A DNA stretch of 64,000 nt from Clostridia bacterium (GTDB lineage Bacteria > Bacillota > Clostridia > Oscillospirales > CAG-272): assembly GCA_017503285.1 (NCBI GenBank), contig JAFVTH010000022.1, positions 4,749-68,748 of the forward strand, given 5' to 3'. The notes below the pieces were generated by a model, which did not search any database, had not been told where the DNA came from, and saw nothing but the letters and a program-made list of their open reading frames with translations. This document shows, in pieces, positions 55,913-64,000 of this stretch (within the stretch, counting starts at the first letter, position 1; each line of letters starts with the position of its first letter). The position numbers were made by a program, and so were the translations under genes.

Positions 55913-58726
55913 TTATTGAGCCTTTTCAACTGCTATGATTTCAAATACAGCACCCTCTGCTTGAGTATAGTTTGTATAAACTGTTACAGAAATTTTTGCA
56001 ACAGCTGTGCTATATGTGCTCATATCAATGGTAATTTCTGTCTTATCCTTGGAGCTTGCAGATGTGTTTGTTATTTCGCTACCATTTGCATCAAATACCT
56101 TTACATCAATTGTAGCACCATAGTTTGTATCAGTTACATCTCCAAAATGTCCAAGATTACCTGTTCCGTTACAAACAACTATTACCTCGCTAAGATTTAC
56201 AGCCTCTTCCCATGTTAGGTAGTATGTAACCTCGCGCAATGATCCTACCATTGGCTTTGAACCGGTTGCAAGGTTGCCGTCATTGATTGATGGGATTGTA
56301 TTTGGTCCCCAATTTGTACCATTACCAGCAACCTGCCATGCATCAGTATTTGCTGACGCAGTAGCATTTAGAGCTGCGTTTACAAGCTTAGGAATTTCAG
56401 TTGCTTCAGAAACTGTTTCGCCACAAGCAGTACATGTGGTTGTACCTGTTGAGCCTGCCTCGTCAAGTGTTGGCTCTTTTGCGCCTGTTGTAACAAGCTC
56501 AATGTGATCGCCCGGCTCAACTGTCTGTGTTTCTGTAACGCCACAGTCTGTGTTTTGACAGGTTCTTTCTCTTGTGCCACCGTTTGTGCAGCTAAAGCCT
56601 GTGCTATTTGACCATGCACCCCAGCTGTGAGGTGTTGGCATCGGGATAACCTCTTCTACAAAATAATCACAAAGTGTGCAGTCCTTTCTCTTAAGTCCGT
56701 CAACACCGCATTTTGCAGGCTCTACCTCATCCCAGTCTGACATTTCGTGGTTGCAAACCAACTTATCAGTTACAAGTCCACCTGAGTAAGCTTCAACCTC
56801 CCAAAGGTAGCCGTTAACTGAATAGCTATGACCGTCACGAATAATCTTAATCTTCTTTACATTTGTTGTTTCCGGAAGCTCAACAACAATTTCTGTTTTG
56901 TCAGCTGTCTGGTAGGTTTCAGCTGTATAAACAACCTGATCGTTGCCATCATAAAGGATAAATGTGATCTTATAGTCGTGGTTGGTAAGTGTATCGAATG
57001 TGTTATTTTCGTTTGTTTTACCCTTGCTATTTACAACCAAAACTATTTTGTCAACGCCCTGCTCAGAAGCAAGTGCAATTGTATACATTGTGGATCTGTC
57101 TTTCCAGTTGTTACATACACCTGTTTCTCTGTTGCCGTCAACCATATATGCCAATAAGCCTTCGGCAAATGACCAGTTTGTAGTTGATGGAACCGGAGAT
57201 GTTACGGTTGCACCGGATGTTACGCTAACAAGCTTAGAAATTACGTATGACTTGGAAATTTCTGCTTCACATACTGTGCAGTATGTTCTACCTGTTGCAC
57301 CCTCTTCCTCAGTTGTTGGTGCCTTGTAGCCCTCTGTTACAACATTCATATGTGTGCCAGCCGGAACAGTTTCCCTTTCGTAGCCGTCACAGTTTGGTGT
57401 GGTACAATGTCTTTCTCTTTCGCCACCGCTTTCACAGGTGATTGTGCCTATAATAGCCCAGTCACCCCAAGCGTGTGGTTGTGTTTCCGGAATTTCTCTA
57501 TCCTCTGAAATGCCACAGCTTGTGCAGTCTCTAACCTCAATACCTGGTGTACCGCATCTTGCAGGCTCAAGCACCTCCCAAGTATCCGGGAAGCTATGAG
57601 AAGCCTTTATTACCTCTGTTTCCTTATGTCCGCAAACGGTACATGTCCATTGCTTTAGACCGTCGTGAAGAGCACCATCGTCAGTACCGTCGTCCTCACA
57701 GTACGCCTCTTCAACGATTTCAGCACCACCGTATTGGTGACCCTTTACGTCACATTCTGTTTCAAGAATGGAGCCTTGAACATTAAATTCCCAAATATAT
57801 TCGCTACCGCTATTTGTGCCATCGAAAATCTGAAGCTCAATTCTGCTTGCGAATGTTGGCTCAGTAAATGTGTTAAGACCCTCGCCTGTAAGGGTTGAAA
57901 TCTTAACCTGTGTAAGAGCTGTTGTATCAATTCTACCTGTTTCGTAGTACATCTTGTAAACAGGATTACCATCGCTACCCATTTCGCTAATTGTATAGAT
58001 AACAATGTTGATTGCCTTTGTGTTGTATGCAACTGAGTTTATCTTTGTGCCGTCAGCCATAAGTGAGCCGGAGCCGTTTATGTCAACAATAATGTCAGTT
58101 ACATATGCCGGGTCCTCAAAATCAAATACATAAGAATAATCCTTACCCTTAAGTGCGTGTGTACCAACGTCAAGCTTGCCGTCATAAAGAGCTTCCTTCT
58201 TGAACGCCCAGAAATCTGTTGCATTTTTTGAAGTAACTGTGCTCTTGCCGGTTATATTGGAAAGTCTTGCGTATGTATAGGACTTTTGAAGCTGCTCGTC
58301 GCAAACTTCGCACTTTGTGCCCTTGCTGCAGCCGGTTTCTGTAAGAGTTGGAAGCTTTTCAGCAACCTCAACAACCTCAACGTGGCCCTTTGCAGGGATA
58401 TCAGAGGTTTCCTCCTTGTCACAAGCCAAGCAAACTCTTGTGCCTCTACCACCCTCGGTACAGGTTGGCTCTACATCATAATCCCACTCGTCCCAATCGT
58501 GCTGAGCAGGAACAGCCTCGGACTCTACCTTGTAGCAAATTGAGCAGGTCCTTGATCTATCGCCCGGGGTTGTACAGGTTGGCTCTGGGTTGTACTCCCA
58601 ATCCCACCACTCGTGGTCACAGGTTTCAGGGTCAACAGGGTCGCCACCGCCACCACAAGCAACAAAAGCAACTAAAAGTGACATGCACAAAAGTGCCACT
58701 AATATTGCTAAAATGTGTTTTTTCAT
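55913..58726 (-). CDS. 937-aa lipoprotein built from three ~310-aa super-repeats, each a Cys-rich CxxC triple module plus a beta-sandwich (discoidin/CBM-like) domain
   Basis: Signal peptide and lipobox FVAC. Cys-rich blocks at about aa 36-150, 325-495 and 658-778 share the pattern H.W..W....EP.C...G.R.R.C..C...E...IP. Each is followed by a block of about 150 aa ending in a W/F-E-hydrophobic motif (IWEFNV, LWEVEAY, VFEIIAV). Confidence 0.7.
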   Translation of the reverse strand: MKKHILAILVALLCMSLLVAFVACGGGGDPVDPETCDHEWWDWEYNPEPTCTTPGDRSRTCSICYKVESEAVPAQHDWDEWDYDVEPTCTEGGRGTRVCLACDKEETSDIPAKGHVEVVEVAEKLPTLTETGCSKGTKCEVCDEQLQKSYTYARLSNITGKSTVTSKNATDFWAFKKEALYDGKLDVGTHALKGKDYSYVFDFEDPAYVTDIIVDINGSGSLMADGTKINSVAYNTKAINIVIYTISEMGSDGNPVYKMYYETGRIDTTALTQVKISTLTGEGLNTFTEPTFASRIELQIFDGTNSGSEYIWEFNVQGSILETECDVKGHQYGGAEIVEEAYCEDDGTDDGALHDGLKQWTCTVCGHKETEVIKASHSFPDTWEVLEPARCGTPGIEVRDCTSCGISEDREIPETQPHAWGDWAIIGTITCESGGERERHCTTPNCDGYERETVPAGTHMNVVTEGYKAPTTEEEGATGRTYCTVCEAEISKSYVISKLVSVTSGATVTSPVPSTTNWSFAEGLLAYMVDGNRETGVCNNWKDRSTMYTIALASEQGVDKIVLVVNSKGKTNENNTFDTLTNHDYKITFILYDGNDQVVYTAETYQTADKTEIVVELPETTNVKKIKIIRDGHSYSVNGYLWEVEAYSGGLVTDKLVCNHEMSDWDEVEPAKCGVDGLKRKDCTLCDYFVEEVIPMPTPHSWGAWSNSTGFSCTNGGTRERTCQNTDCGVTETQTVEPGDHIELVTTGAKEPTLDEAGSTGTTTCTACGETVSEATEIPKLVNAALNATASANTDAWQVAGNGTNWGPNTIPSINDGNLATGSKPMVGSLREVTYYLTWEEAVNLSEVIVVCNGTGNLGHFGDVTDTNYGATIDVKVFDANGSEITNTSASSKDKTEITIDMSTYSTAVAKISVTVYTNYTQAEGAVFEIIAVEKAQ

Positions 58727-58772
58727 AACATTCTCCTTATTTTAGTGTGTTCAAACACTTATTTGCACTTAT

Positions 58773-58801
58773 ATTCTATCACTTTATAGATAAATTGTCA
58801 A
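58773..58801 (-). promoter_or_regulatory. SigmaA-type promoter of the 937-aa lipoprotein gene
   Basis: Minus strand TTGACA-17 nt-TAGAAT. Confidence 0.6.
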
Positions 58802-58878
58802 CATATACTTATATAATAAAGGAAGTTTTGTGCAAATGGCACAATAAAAGCTCGACTGATTTTACAGCCGAGCCTTTT

Positions 58879-59316
58879 TTATTCGATTGCTATAAGCTTT
58901 ACATTGGAAACGCCGTCAATTTTAGTTAGCATTTCGTTAACTACGCCTATCTCGCCCTCAACATGGGAAACGTCTATGGAAAGAACAACGTGCGCCCTTT
59001 TGTTTACCGGTAGGTTTTGTGTAATGGTAAGTATGTTCGCACCACTTTTTGAAAGGGTGTTAAGCACCTCGCTAAGAACTCCGGATTTATGATATAGAGT
59101 TAGGGAAATAACTGCCTTTCTGCACTCTGTATCTTCATTTGTTGCAAAAACGTAATCCTTATATTTGTAATATGTACTGCGTGAAATGCCAACCATTTTG
59201 GTTGCCTCGGAAACGTCCTTTGCACGGCCTGCGCTAAGAAGCGCCTTTGCCTCAATAACCTTTTCATAATATGAGGGCAAAATTTCCTTATCAACAAGTA
59301 AATATTTACTAAGCAT
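58879..59316 (-). CDS. ACT-domain protein of the PheB/UPF0735 type (HTH-like N-terminus + ACT)
   Basis: 145 aa with an ACT fold (SLTLYHKSGVLSEVLNTLSKSGANILTI). Its start overlaps the thrB stop. Confidence 0.7.
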   Translation of the reverse strand: MLSKYLLVDKEILPSYYEKVIEAKALLSAGRAKDVSEATKMVGISRSTYYKYKDYVFATNEDTECRKAVISLTLYHKSGVLSEVLNTLSKSGANILTITQNLPVNKRAHVVLSIDVSHVEGEIGVVNEMLTKIDGVSNVKLIAIE

Positions 59317-60209
59317 TATAATACCTCTCTCGTTCCATTTACTGAAATGCGAAGCTCCTTTGCCACCCAGCCATTAGGCAAAGCTGAAATTTTTTCATTC
59401 AGCTCCTTCTCAATGGAGCGCTCTGACAGGCAAAGACAGGTTGAGCCGGCGCCACTTATCATAAAGGAAATAGCGCCACACTCGTAGGCTTGTTTTTTAA
59501 TGTCGTCAATATTCTTAAACAGCTTTTTTCTGTATTTTTGATGAAGTCTATCCCTGGTTACCACCTTGAGAAGGTCGAAATCTCCCTTTTCAAAGGCATA
59601 CGGCAGCAGAGCAATCCTTGACATATTGTAAATTGCGTCATCTCTTTCAATTTCGTGGGGCAAAACGCTCCTTGCGTCGCGTGTTTTAACCTCAAAATTG
59701 GGAATCAGCACGGTGAAGTGGATTTTTGGGCTAACCTCAAACCTTACTGTCCTTGGCTTTCCGTTTGTTATAAGAGATGTACAGAATGAACCAAAGAGTG
59801 CAGGTGCAACATTGTCCGGATGACCCTCTATCTCTGTGCAAATTTCAAAAACCTCATCCCAAGAAAGGGGTTGACCATAGAGACGGTTTGCAGCATAGGC
59901 ACCGGCACAAATAAGAGTTGCAGAGGAGCCAAGCCCTCTTGAAACGGGCACATTTGTCTCTAAAATTGTGATTTTTACAGACACAGGGGCGCCAATTTTC
60001 TTGCAAACGGCTGAATATGCAGCATAGGCAGGATTATCCTTGTTTGCATACTTTTCGTCACAGCCGTCGATAATCAGTCCTTCATCAATCGGCTCAAATT
60101 CGAACACATTATATAAATCGTAGGCAAGGCCTGCGCAGTCAAAGCCGGAGCCAAGATTGGCTGAGGTTGCCGGCACCTGTACCTTGATTTTTTCCATTAT
60201 TGGCTTCAT
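59316..60209 (-). CDS. thrB: Homoserine kinase
   Basis: 297 aa; PATSANLGSGFD and GLGSSA GHMP kinase motifs. Confidence 0.9.
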   Translation of the reverse strand: MKPIMEKIKVQVPATSANLGSGFDCAGLAYDLYNVFEFEPIDEGLIIDGCDEKYANKDNPAYAAYSAVCKKIGAPVSVKITILETNVPVSRGLGSSATLICAGAYAANRLYGQPLSWDEVFEICTEIEGHPDNVAPALFGSFCTSLITNGKPRTVRFEVSPKIHFTVLIPNFEVKTRDARSVLPHEIERDDAIYNMSRIALLPYAFEKGDFDLLKVVTRDRLHQKYRKKLFKNIDDIKKQAYECGAISFMISGAGSTCLCLSERSIEKELNEKISALPNGWVAKELRISVNGTREVL

Positions 60210-61705
60210 TAGTCCATCCAGACCTTCTTATTTACCATTTTGTCAACGAAGTCCTGCATTTCATCCTTCTCTACTGTTACGTTATGAACAATAGCCTTGC
60301 TTTCGATATTAACAAGAGATGAAGGGATTTTTGCCTTTGTGTACTCATAAAGCTTATTTACTGCGTCAAACTCTCCGTCGTACTCCTTGCCAAGAGCATT
60401 CATAACACTTGAGGAGAACTTATATGGAGATGCGGTTGAAAGAACAACTGTTTTGTTTTTATCGCCTGTTTTCTTAAGCCATTTTTCGTAAACATTCCAA
60501 GCAACGGCTGTGTGGGTATCCATAAGATATCCCTCTTTTTCATACACGTCCTTGATTGTTTTTAGAGTTTCTATGTCGTCGCAGAAGCCTGCGTCAAATT
60601 CCTTTCTTATGGTTGCAAGCTCCTTTTCAGTTAGCTTATACTCGCCATTTTCCTTAAGCTGCTTCATATATGATGCGCATCTTTCAGAGCCGCATACAAG
60701 ATAAAGAAGTCTTTCAAGATTTGAGGAAATAAGAATATCCATTGATGGGGATTTTGTAAGATAGAATTCTCTATTCTTGTTGTAAACACCCTCCTCAAAG
60801 AAGTCGGTAAGAACCTTGTTTGTATTTGATGCGCAAACAAGCTGACCAACAGGGAGTCCCATCTTCTTTGCAAAGTAGCCAGCCAAAATGTCGCCAAAGT
60901 TGCCTGTTGGAACAATGAAGTTTACCTTGTCGCCCATTTTGATTTCCCCGTTTGCCATAAGGTCTCTGTATGCCTTGAAGTAGTAGGCAACCTGTGGGGC
61001 AAGTCTACCTATATTTATAGAGTTAGCACTGGAGAGCTGAACGCCCTGTGGCAATTTGAGATTTGCAAAGATGCTTTTAACGCCACTTTGCGCATCGTCA
61101 AAGTTACCGCCAACGGAGCAAACGCAGGTGTTTTTGCCATCAACGGAAACCATTTGTCTTTCTTGAACTGCGCTAACACCGTTTCTTGGGTAGAAAACGA
61201 TAATTTTTACGCCGTCTACATTTGAAAAGCCGGAAAGCGCCGCGCTGCCTGTGTCGCCGCTTGTTGCTGTAAGGATAACAATTTCATCCTTCATACCCGT
61301 TGCCTTCTTTGACGCAGAAACAAGCTGTGGAAGAAGCTGAAGAGCAACGTCCTTAAAGGCGCAGGTCGGACCATGGTAAAGCTCCATAACATAAGCATCT
61401 GCCACCTTGGATAGCGGTGCAAAGTCCTCATTATCAAACTTTCCGTCGTATGCCTTGGATACAAGCTTATATGCTCCCTCAAGCTCACCCTTTTCGTCCT
61501 CAAGCATCTTGTCGCCCTTGAAAAGGAGAGCGATAACCTGTGCAGAGATTTCCTTATTTGTCATTTTTGAAAGCTGATCCATTGGGAAATCAACGCCCTC
61601 AAAGCTTTTTGGCATATATAATCCGCCATCCTTAGCAATGCCCTCAAGCACCGCCTCAGACGGTTTTTTCTCAATTTTGTTATTTCTTGTACTTAAATAC
61701 AACAT
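60209..61705 (-). CDS. thrC: Threonine synthase (long form)
   Basis: 498 aa with the PLP lysine context (PTCAFKD). Stop/start overlap with thrB. Confidence 0.9.
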   Translation of the reverse strand: MLYLSTRNNKIEKKPSEAVLEGIAKDGGLYMPKSFEGVDFPMDQLSKMTNKEISAQVIALLFKGDKMLEDEKGELEGAYKLVSKAYDGKFDNEDFAPLSKVADAYVMELYHGPTCAFKDVALQLLPQLVSASKKATGMKDEIVILTATSGDTGSAALSGFSNVDGVKIIVFYPRNGVSAVQERQMVSVDGKNTCVCSVGGNFDDAQSGVKSIFANLKLPQGVQLSSANSINIGRLAPQVAYYFKAYRDLMANGEIKMGDKVNFIVPTGNFGDILAGYFAKKMGLPVGQLVCASNTNKVLTDFFEEGVYNKNREFYLTKSPSMDILISSNLERLLYLVCGSERCASYMKQLKENGEYKLTEKELATIRKEFDAGFCDDIETLKTIKDVYEKEGYLMDTHTAVAWNVYEKWLKKTGDKNKTVVLSTASPYKFSSSVMNALGKEYDGEFDAVNKLYEYTKAKIPSSLVNIESKAIVHNVTVEKDEMQDFVDKMVNKKVWMD

Positions 61706-61768
61706 TTTTTTAAAATCCCCCTTGATTTTTTATATTTTATATGATACACTATCTCTCATAGAAAAACA

Positions 61769-61791
61769 AGTGTTTTTGAAAGAAAAACACT
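61769..61791. promoter_or_regulatory. Perfect 9-bp inverted repeat in the divergent thrC/hom control region
   Basis: AGTGTTTTT-gaaag-AAAAACACT, ending 20 nt before the hom start codon. There is no T-run after it, so it is not a simple terminator. Confidence 0.35.
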
Positions 61792-61810
61792 CAGAAAGGT
61801 AAAATTTTTT

Positions 61811-62950
61811 ATGAAAATAGCTATTCTCGGCTTTGGTGTCGTGGGTTCGGGCGCTTTTGAGGTGCTTAAAAATCACGGGCTGACGGTTAAGAAGGTTCTT
61901 GACATTCGCTCCCACCCAGAGCTTGGTAATATTCTTACCTCTAATTTTGATGATATATTAAATGATAAGGAAATCGGCGTTGTTGCCGAGGCAATTGGCG
62001 GTCTTGAGCCTGCGCACACCTTTGTTGTTAAGGCGCTTAAGGCAGGTAAGCACGTTGTTTCCTCTAACAAGCATTTGATTTGTCAATACTACGAGGAGCT
62101 ACACACCCTTGCAAGGGAAAACGGTGTTACCATTCGCTTTACCTCTGCTGTTGGTGGTGGTATCCCTTGGCTTTATAACCTTAAAAGGGCTGTAAGGTGC
62201 GACGATGTTTCCAAGGTTATGGGTATTATGAACGGCACAACCAACTTTATCCTTGACAATATGATTTCATATGGTCGCGATTTTGATGAGGTGCTTAAGG
62301 AAGCGCAGGCACTTGGCTATGCCGAGGCTAACCCTTCTGCCGATATTGACGGTCTTGATGTGGCAAGAAAGGCTGCTATTTCCAGCAGTATTGCCTTTAA
62401 TACTATAATAAAGGAAGAAAATGTTTCAATCCTTTCTATGCGCAACGTAACAAAGGCGGACATAGACTTTATTAAGGCTATGGGCAAGACACTTCGCTAT
62501 ATGGGCTTTGGCATAAAGACCAAGGATGCTATTTCCTGCTTTGTTGAGCCTGTTGTTTTGCCGGGTGACGCACTTGAAGCAAATGTAAATAAAAACTTTA
62601 ATCTCATTTCCTTGTTTGGTAAGAGCGTTGGCCGTCTTTCCTTCTACGGGCAGGGCGCTGGCAAATACCCAACCGGTAATGCCTTGGCGCAGGACGTTTG
62701 CGATATTGTAAACGGAGATTACAAGCTTTGCTGTGACTTTAATGAGGCTTTGGTTGACAACTCTCTTGTGGCAAGAAAATACTACATCAGAACAAGCGCA
62801 AGCCTTGATGGCGATTTTGAAAGCGCAATACGCAAGGACGGTATGTCCTTTGTGATTACAAAGCCTATGGCTGTTACAAGGCTACACAGCCTTATTAAAT
62901 CTATTACGGTTAAGGATCCCGCTGTATTCTGCGCGGGAATTGAGGAGTAA
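61811..62950 (+). CDS. hom: Homoserine dehydrogenase
   Basis: 379 aa; GFGVVGSG Rossmann motif and the NGTTNFIL catalytic region. Short form with no obvious C-terminal ACT domain. Confidence 0.9.
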   Translation: MKIAILGFGVVGSGAFEVLKNHGLTVKKVLDIRSHPELGNILTSNFDDILNDKEIGVVAEAIGGLEPAHTFVVKALKAGKHVVSSNKHLICQYYEELHTLARENGVTIRFTSAVGGGIPWLYNLKRAVRCDDVSKVMGIMNGTTNFILDNMISYGRDFDEVLKEAQALGYAEANPSADIDGLDVARKAAISSSIAFNTIIKEENVSILSMRNVTKADIDFIKAMGKTLRYMGFGIKTKDAISCFVEPVVLPGDALEANVNKNFNLISLFGKSVGRLSFYGQGAGKYPTGNALAQDVCDIVNGDYKLCCDFNEALVDNSLVARKYYIRTSASLDGDFESAIRKDGMSFVITKPMAVTRLHSLIKSITVKDPAVFCAGIEE

Positions 62951-62953
62951 ATT

Positions 62954-64000
62954 ATGTTAAAGGTATTAAAATTCGGTGGCTCTTCTCTTGCCTCCGGCGA
63001 AACCTTTGAAAAGGTTAAGAAAATTGTAGAGGCTGACCCATCCCGCGCTATTGTGGTTGTTTCAGCCCCAGGTAAAAGATATAGCGGAGATATGAAGGTT
63101 ACTGACCTTTTGTACCTCTGCCAGGCACACATTAAATATAATGCAAACTTTGATGCTCTCTTTAATGAAATTAAGGACAGATATCGTCAAATCCATAAGC
63201 ATTGTGGTCTTACACAGGACCTTGAGAGTGAGTTTGAGGCTATTAGCGCAAAGCTCAACAAGAAAACAAGCGTTGACTACATCGTTTCCCGTGGTGAGTA
63301 TCTAAACGCAAGGCTTATGGCTGAGTATCTCGGATACACCTTTGTTGACAGCACCGAGTGGCTTTACTTTAACTACAACGGTAAGGTTGATTTTGAAAAG
63401 TCCTACGAGGCACTTTCTGCCATTATTGAAAAGAATGCAAGAGTTGTTATCCCGGGCTTTTATGGTGTAACTCCTGACGGAAATGTTAAAACATTTTCAC
63501 GTGGTGGCTCTGATATTACAGGTGCTATTGCAGCAGCCGCTGTTAATGCTGATATGTACGAAAACTGGACAGACGTGTCCGGAATTATGACCGCTGACCC
63601 AAGAATTGTTGACAATCCAAGACCTATTGAAAACGTTACCTTTGCCGAGCTTAGAGAGCTTTCCTATATGGGCGCTGAGGTGCTTCACGAGGAGACTGTT
63701 TTCCCTGTTAGACAAAAGAATATTCCGCTTTATATTAAGAATACCAACGATATGAACGCACGCGGTACTCTTATTATGGAAGCCTTTGATGACGACCTTG
63801 AAAATAAGAATGCACACTTTATTACCGGTATTTCCGGCAAAAAGAACTTCTCTATTATTACAATTGCTAAAAATAGAATGAATGAGGAAATTGGATATGT
63901 AAGACGTGCCCTTGAGGTGTTTGAGCGCTTTGGTATTCCGATTGAGCATATTCCTTCCAGCATTGACAGCTTCTCTGTTGTGGTTGGCTCCTCACACATC
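62954..64000 (+). CDS. lysC: Aspartate kinase; 3' end runs off the window
   Basis: Not in the ORF track because it is open at the edge. From ATG 62954: MLKVLKFGGSSLASGE...SRGGSDITGA...TDVSGIMTADPR. Minus-strand ORFs 63497..63999 are shadow frames. Confidence 0.85.
   Translation, partial: MLKVLKFGGSSLASGETFEKVKKIVEADPSRAIVVVSAPGKRYSGDMKVTDLLYLCQAHIKYNANFDALFNEIKDRYRQIHKHCGLTQDLESEFEAISAKLNKKTSVDYIVSRGEYLNARLMAEYLGYTFVDSTEWLYFNYNGKVDFEKSYEALSAIIEKNARVVIPGFYGVTPDGNVKTFSRGGSDITGAIAAAAVNADMYENWTDVSGIMTADPRIVDNPRPIENVTFAELRELSYMGAEVLHEETVFPVRQKNIPLYIKNTNDMNARGTLIMEAFDDDLENKNAHFITGISGKKNFSIITIAKNRMNEEIGYVRRALEVFERFGIPIEHIPSSIDSFSVVVGSSHI

Noticed and set aside
1-64000. Looked for CRISPR arrays, rRNA or tRNA genes, IS elements or transposases, toxin-antitoxin pairs and restriction-modification genes.
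   Set aside because: No regularly spaced repeats were found and no cloverleaf-like or rRNA-like segments in any intergenic region; the largest gaps are about 150-275 bp and are explained by promoters and terminators. I saw no DDE or HUH transposase motifs. The only N6-MTase-like NPPY motif belongs to the conserved yabB-type tRNA methyltransferase.

Overview
This 64-kb window looks like chromosome from a spore-forming Clostridia-type Firmicute. The evidence is a cotJABC operon, a cwlD-like gene, the conserved holB-yaaT-yabB-rsmI-metG-tatD synteny, and consensus sigmaA promoters with GGAGG ribosome-binding sites. Most of it is housekeeping: nadK, gap, fba, pckG, metG, tyrS, radA, thrB/thrC/hom/lysC and two adjacent K+ uptake systems. 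There is also a set of glycan-foraging genes (GH3, GH78-like, GH29-like, SGNH esterase, polysaccharide deacetylase). The standout is at 1683..11367, where the mother-cell spore-coat gene cotJC is split in two by a 9,088-bp insertion (1875..10962). The insertion carries a large serine recombinase next to one junction. Its ends are 26-nt imperfect inverted repeats flanking the same TC dinucleotide. Joining the two TC copies rebuilds, in frame, the conserved CotJC motif DLAA-EQKAR. This is the architecture of sporulation-excised intervening elements (skin in sigK, SPbeta in spsM), but the cargo has no phage genes. It consists of a 1567-aa NLR-like STAND NTPase (DUF4062-type N-domain, NACHT-like P-loop, about 1100 aa of TPR-like repeats; a candidate single-gene immune sensor) plus an asnS-asnA asparagine module. 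Each cargo unit has its own promoter and terminator. Secondary observations: two exported lipoproteins share an unusual Cys-rich CxxC module; an MFS transporter is frameshifted in an A-run behind an unassigned roughly 190-nt leader; a 56-aa ferredoxin gene is missing from the ORF track; and there are perfect palindromes in the acpP leader and the thrC/hom control region. I saw no rRNA, tRNA, CRISPR array, transposase or recognisable riboswitch. All family assignments rest on motif recognition by eye, because no database search was possible.
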